Shown piece after piece: positions 22,389 through 25,692 of a stretch of DNA of 25,692 bases; the first letter of the stretch is position 1; each line of letters begins with the position of its first letter. A program made the position numbers and the translations under genes. The stretch is from Candidatus Micrarchaeia archaeon (GTDB lineage Archaea; Micrarchaeota; Micrarchaeia; Burarchaeales; JAVZCV01): NCBI GenBank assembly GCA_038874215.1, contig JAVZCV010000001.1, forward strand, positions 72,725 to 98,416, in the 5' to 3' direction. The notes beneath the pieces are model-generated. The model was given only the letters and a program-made list of their open reading frames with translations, was not told the DNA's origin and did not search any database.

Positions 22389-24152
22389 ATGCATCACAAA
22401 GTACGCCAGCCAATAGTAACGGTAATGGGGCACGTTGACCATGGTAAAACTTCTTTACTTGACAAAATAAGGGAGACGACAGTGCATCAGAGGGAGAAGG
22501 GAGGAATAACGCAACACATAGGAGCAAGCGAGGTGCCGATAGAAGTCATTGAGAGGATATCGGGGAACTTAATAAAACAGCTCGGCGCGAGGATAACACT
22601 GCCAGGCCTTCTCTTCATAGATACACCAGGCCATGAGGCATTCACAAACCTTAGGAGGAGAGGAGGGAGCGTAGCAGACATAGCGCTTCTTGTTGTTGAT
22701 GTTACTCAGGGGTTCCAGCCACAAACGGTTGAGGCGATAGAAATCCTTCGGGAGTATAAAACGCCTTTTATAGTCGTCGCTAACAAAATAGATTTACTGC
22801 GTATGTGGTCGGCAAAGAATACAACGAGTTTTATTGAATCGCTTATGCAACAAAGCGAGATAACACAGCAGGAGCTTGAAAAGAAAATTTATGAGATGGT
22901 CGGGAAACTGCATGAGTTTGGATTTTCTTCTGAAAGATTTGACAGGGTAAGGGATTTCACAAGAGAACTTTTGATTGTGCCCGTGAGCGCAAAAACGGGA
23001 GAGGGAATAAGCGAGCTGCTCATGTATACCACAGGTCTTTGCCAGAAGTTTCTTGAAAAGAGACTTGTGTTGCATGAGGAAGAGGCAGGAGTAGGGAGCA
23101 TACTTGAAGTTAAAGAGGAGAAAACGCTTGGAACAACAGTAGACGTGATTCTTTATGATGGAAGGATTGCGAAAGGAGATATGATAGCGTTTGGGACGCT
23201 GAACGGTGTTGCAACAACGAAAGTGAGGGCTCTTCTCAAACCGAAGCCGCTTGATGAGATAAGAGACCCGAAGGAAAAGTTCTCTTATGTGGATGAGGTG
23301 CATGCAGCGGCTGGAGTGAAGATATATGCGCCGAACCTTGCGCACGCAGTCCCGGGGAGCACTCTCATGGTTGTAAGAAAAGATGTGGATAAAGCAAAGA
23401 AGATGATAGCGCAGGAAATTGAAGAGATATTGGTTGAGACTGATTCAAACGGCGTTATAGTGAAGGCAGATACTCTCGGCTCTGTTGAGGCGCTCGTAAA
23501 GCTACTTGCGTCGGAAAGCGTAAGCGTCAAGCGTGCTAACGTGGGCCCGGTTACAAAGAAGGATGTTGTTGATGCGGCCGTTGTTCGTAAGGATCACCCA
23601 TTGCTCGGCACAATTCTCGCCTTCAACGTCCCCGTTAGCGAGGATGTTAGGGCTGAGGCGAAGAAGAACGATGTTGAAATAATAGAGGAGAACATTGTTT
23701 ACATGCTTATAGAGAAGTATAAAAAATGGATGGCGGAAGAGAGGGAAAGACTTAAGCTTAAGGCACTTTCTGATCTCGTGATGCCGGTTGAGATAAAGGT
23801 TCTGCCGAGGTGTTGCTTCCGTGCGAGCAAGCCCGCAATATTCGGCGTTGAGGTGCTTGCTGGCGTTATAAAACCGGGATATATTCTTGAGACAATGGAT
23901 GGAAGAGAGGTGGGGGAAGTGAAGAGCATACAGAAGGACAAGGAAACGCTTGAGAAGGCAGAGAGGGGGATGCAGGTTGCCATCGCAGTGGATGGCGCAG
24001 TTTATGGGAGGCATTTCTCCGAAGGGGATGTGTTGCGCTCAAAAGTCCCGCGCGAGCACTTGGCTATACTAAAAGAGAGATATTCGGAATATCTGCCTGC
24101 TGATGTTCTTGCTCTTATTGAAGAGTATAGGAAAATCGGAAAGGCTTTTTAA
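22389..24152 (+). CDS. infB: Translation initiation factor aIF5B (IF-2)
   Basis: RQPIVTVMGHVDHGKT, GGITQHIGA, DTPGHEAF and NKID. No intein. Confidence 0.98.
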   Translation: MHHKVRQPIVTVMGHVDHGKTSLLDKIRETTVHQREKGGITQHIGASEVPIEVIERISGNLIKQLGARITLPGLLFIDTPGHEAFTNLRRRGGSVADIALLVVDVTQGFQPQTVEAIEILREYKTPFIVVANKIDLLRMWSAKNTTSFIESLMQQSEITQQELEKKIYEMVGKLHEFGFSSERFDRVRDFTRELLIVPVSAKTGEGISELLMYTTGLCQKFLEKRLVLHEEEAGVGSILEVKEEKTLGTTVDVILYDGRIAKGDMIAFGTLNGVATTKVRALLKPKPLDEIRDPKEKFSYVDEVHAAAGVKIYAPNLAHAVPGSTLMVVRKDVDKAKKMIAQEIEEILVETDSNGVIVKADTLGSVEALVKLLASESVSVKRANVGPVTKKDVVDAAVVRKDHPLLGTILAFNVPVSEDVRAEAKKNDVEIIEENIVYMLIEKYKKWMAEERERLKLKALSDLVMPVEIKVLPRCCFRASKPAIFGVEVLAGVIKPGYILETMDGREVGEVKSIQKDKETLEKAERGMQVAIAVDGAVYGRHFSEGDVLRSKVPREHLAILKERYSEYLPADVLALIEEYRKIGKAF

Positions 24153-24188
24153 CTTTATTTGCAGAAGCACTACTACGAGAGTGACTAT

Positions 24189-24617
24189 ATGAAAATCGTC
24201 GTCTCAGACCCGAAGACTGGCAAATCATACCAGACCGAATTACCGAAAGGTAAAGAAGGACTGCTTGTAGGGATGAAAATAGGGAGTGAGATTGATGGGG
24301 GAGTCATTGGGGCAACGGGCTATAAGCTGCGCATAACGGGTGGTACCGATAAGGATGGCTTTCCGATGCTGCCATCAATTACGGGTGCAGGAAAGCAGAA
24401 GGTTCTTCTAAGCAAGCCGCCTGGTTTTAGGCCAAAAAGAGAGGGCGAGAGGAGAAGAAAAACGATTAGGGGGAATGTCATAAGCGACGCTACAATGCAG
24501 GTGAATACTGTAGTCTTGGAGTACGGGCCTAAGCCACTTGAAGAAACTATTGTAATTGAGAAGAAGGAGGGTAAGAAGGAGAAAGAGAAGAAAGCAGAGG
24601 CAGGAAAAAAAAGGTAG
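24189..24617 (+). CDS. rps6e: 30S ribosomal protein S6e
   Basis: MKIVVSDPKTGKS, LRITGGTDKDGFPM and GERRRKTIRGN. Start taken as ATG 24189. Confidence 0.96.
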   Translation: MKIVVSDPKTGKSYQTELPKGKEGLLVGMKIGSEIDGGVIGATGYKLRITGGTDKDGFPMLPSITGAGKQKVLLSKPPGFRPKREGERRRKTIRGNVISDATMQVNTVVLEYGPKPLEETIVIEKKEGKKEKEKKAEAGKKR

Positions 24618-24633
24618 GAAGTAGGGTGTGTTT

Positions 24634-25692
24634 TTGCAGGCTGAGGTGAACATAGGAACTCTGGGGCATGTTGACCATGGCAAGACTACGCTCACAAAAA
24701 ACTTAACTGGTGTATGGACCGACACGCACAGCGAGGAGATAAAAAGAGGAATAACTATAAAGCTTGGTTATGCTGACGCTGTTTTTAGAAAATGCGAAAG
24801 GTGTGAGGGACATAATAGCTACACTATTCAGGAAAGATGCCCTATCTGTGGTTCTGAAACGAAGGTTTTGAGGAAAGTTTCCTTTCTTGATGCACCAGGG
24901 CATGAAACGCTCATGACAACTGCAATAGCCGCATCAAGCATAATAGACGGTGCGCTCCTTGTTATAGCCGCTAACGAGCCTTGCCCGCAACCTCAGACTA
25001 TGGAGCATTTCGCTGTTCTTGAAATACTCGGAATTAAAAATATCGTTGTTATTCAAAACAAGGTTGACCTCGTGTCAAAGGCGAAGGCGCTTGAGAACTA
25101 CGAGCAGATAAGGAAATTTTTGAGCGGGACTTTCGCTGAGAATGCTCCGATAATACCCACGGCTGCAAACTATGGGATAAACACGGGTGCGATAATAGAG
25201 GCGATAGAGGAACACATACCAACCCCAAAGCGAAACCTTTCTGCGAAGCCCTTGATGTTCGTTGCTCGTTCTTTTGACGTCAACAAACCTGGCATACCAA
25301 TAGAGAAGATGAAGGGAGGAGTCGTGGGGGGTTCTCTAATAAGAGGCAAGTTGAAGGTTGGCGATGAGGTAGAGATAAGGCCAGGAATATATGTGGAAGA
25401 GAAGGACAAACATAAAAGTATAAGAACGAAAATCCAGAGCCTTCATGTTGGTTCAGAAAGCATTGAAGAAGCGGGACCAGGCGGTCTTGTGGCGATAGGA
25501 ACTACAATAGACCCAGCTTACACGAAAGCTGACAGGCTAGTTGGGAATCTCGTGGGCTTGCCCGACGCTCTCCCGCCAATATTCAACGGCCTTGTAATAG
25601 AGGCAAACGACCTTAAGCGGGTTGACATAACGATACCGCCGATAAAACTTGAGGAGGGCATTGTTGTTTGCGTCGGCACTACTACTGTGCTT
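24634..25692 (+). CDS. eif2g: Translation initiation factor aIF2 gamma subunit; 3' end runs off the window
   Basis: Not in the track. From TTG 24634: QAEVNIGTLGHVDHGKT...TDTHSEEIKRGITIKLGY, Zn knuckles CERC/CPIC, DAPGHE and QNKVD. Confidence 0.97.
   Translation, partial: MQAEVNIGTLGHVDHGKTTLTKNLTGVWTDTHSEEIKRGITIKLGYADAVFRKCERCEGHNSYTIQERCPICGSETKVLRKVSFLDAPGHETLMTTAIAASSIIDGALLVIAANEPCPQPQTMEHFAVLEILGIKNIVVIQNKVDLVSKAKALENYEQIRKFLSGTFAENAPIIPTAANYGINTGAIIEAIEEHIPTPKRNLSAKPLMFVARSFDVNKPGIPIEKMKGGVVGGSLIRGKLKVGDEVEIRPGIYVEEKDKHKSIRTKIQSLHVGSESIEEAGPGGLVAIGTTIDPAYTKADRLVGNLVGLPDALPPIFNGLVIEANDLKRVDITIPPIKLEEGIVVCVGTTTVL

Noticed and set aside
10080-24152. Inteins in DP1 or aIF5B
   Set aside because: Protein lengths are normal and no intein splice or LAGLIDADG motifs were seen.

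Overview
This is an archaeal chromosomal window. Archaeal markers include PolD small subunit, L7Ae/S28e/L24e/S6e, aIF5B, aIF2-gamma, type II GAPDH and BHB-type tRNA introns. The compact layout, multi-intron tRNAs and orphan surface proteins suggest a DPANN lineage such as Micrarchaeota, but that is inference only. Bases 1-6.8 kb are an accessory block on the minus strand: a Cys-rich secreted protein (truncated by the window edge), a membrane-anchored Ig-like glycoprotein, and two orphan ORFs that look like one ~1,190-aa gene split by a +1 frameshift at CTT-AAT-C. The rest is housekeeping: nadM, argS, UPF0147, DP1, aroA'/aroB', gltX, fni, MEMO1, AK6, gap, and the L7Ae-S28e-L24e-ndk-(PC4-like, dUTPase)-infB-S6e-aIF2g operon. 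The main signals missing from the ORF track are (i) three tRNA genes (Pro-CGG, Arg-UCU, Val-CAC) with at least six introns, three at non-canonical sites and several with related sequences, suggesting a mobile tRNA-intron family; (ii) a canonical K-turn over the L7Ae Shine-Dalgarno; (iii) a dUTPase with no canonical start codon, in frame with the upstream amber stop; and (iv) three 10-bp-phased repeats upstream of gap. All calls were made by eye; no searches were run.
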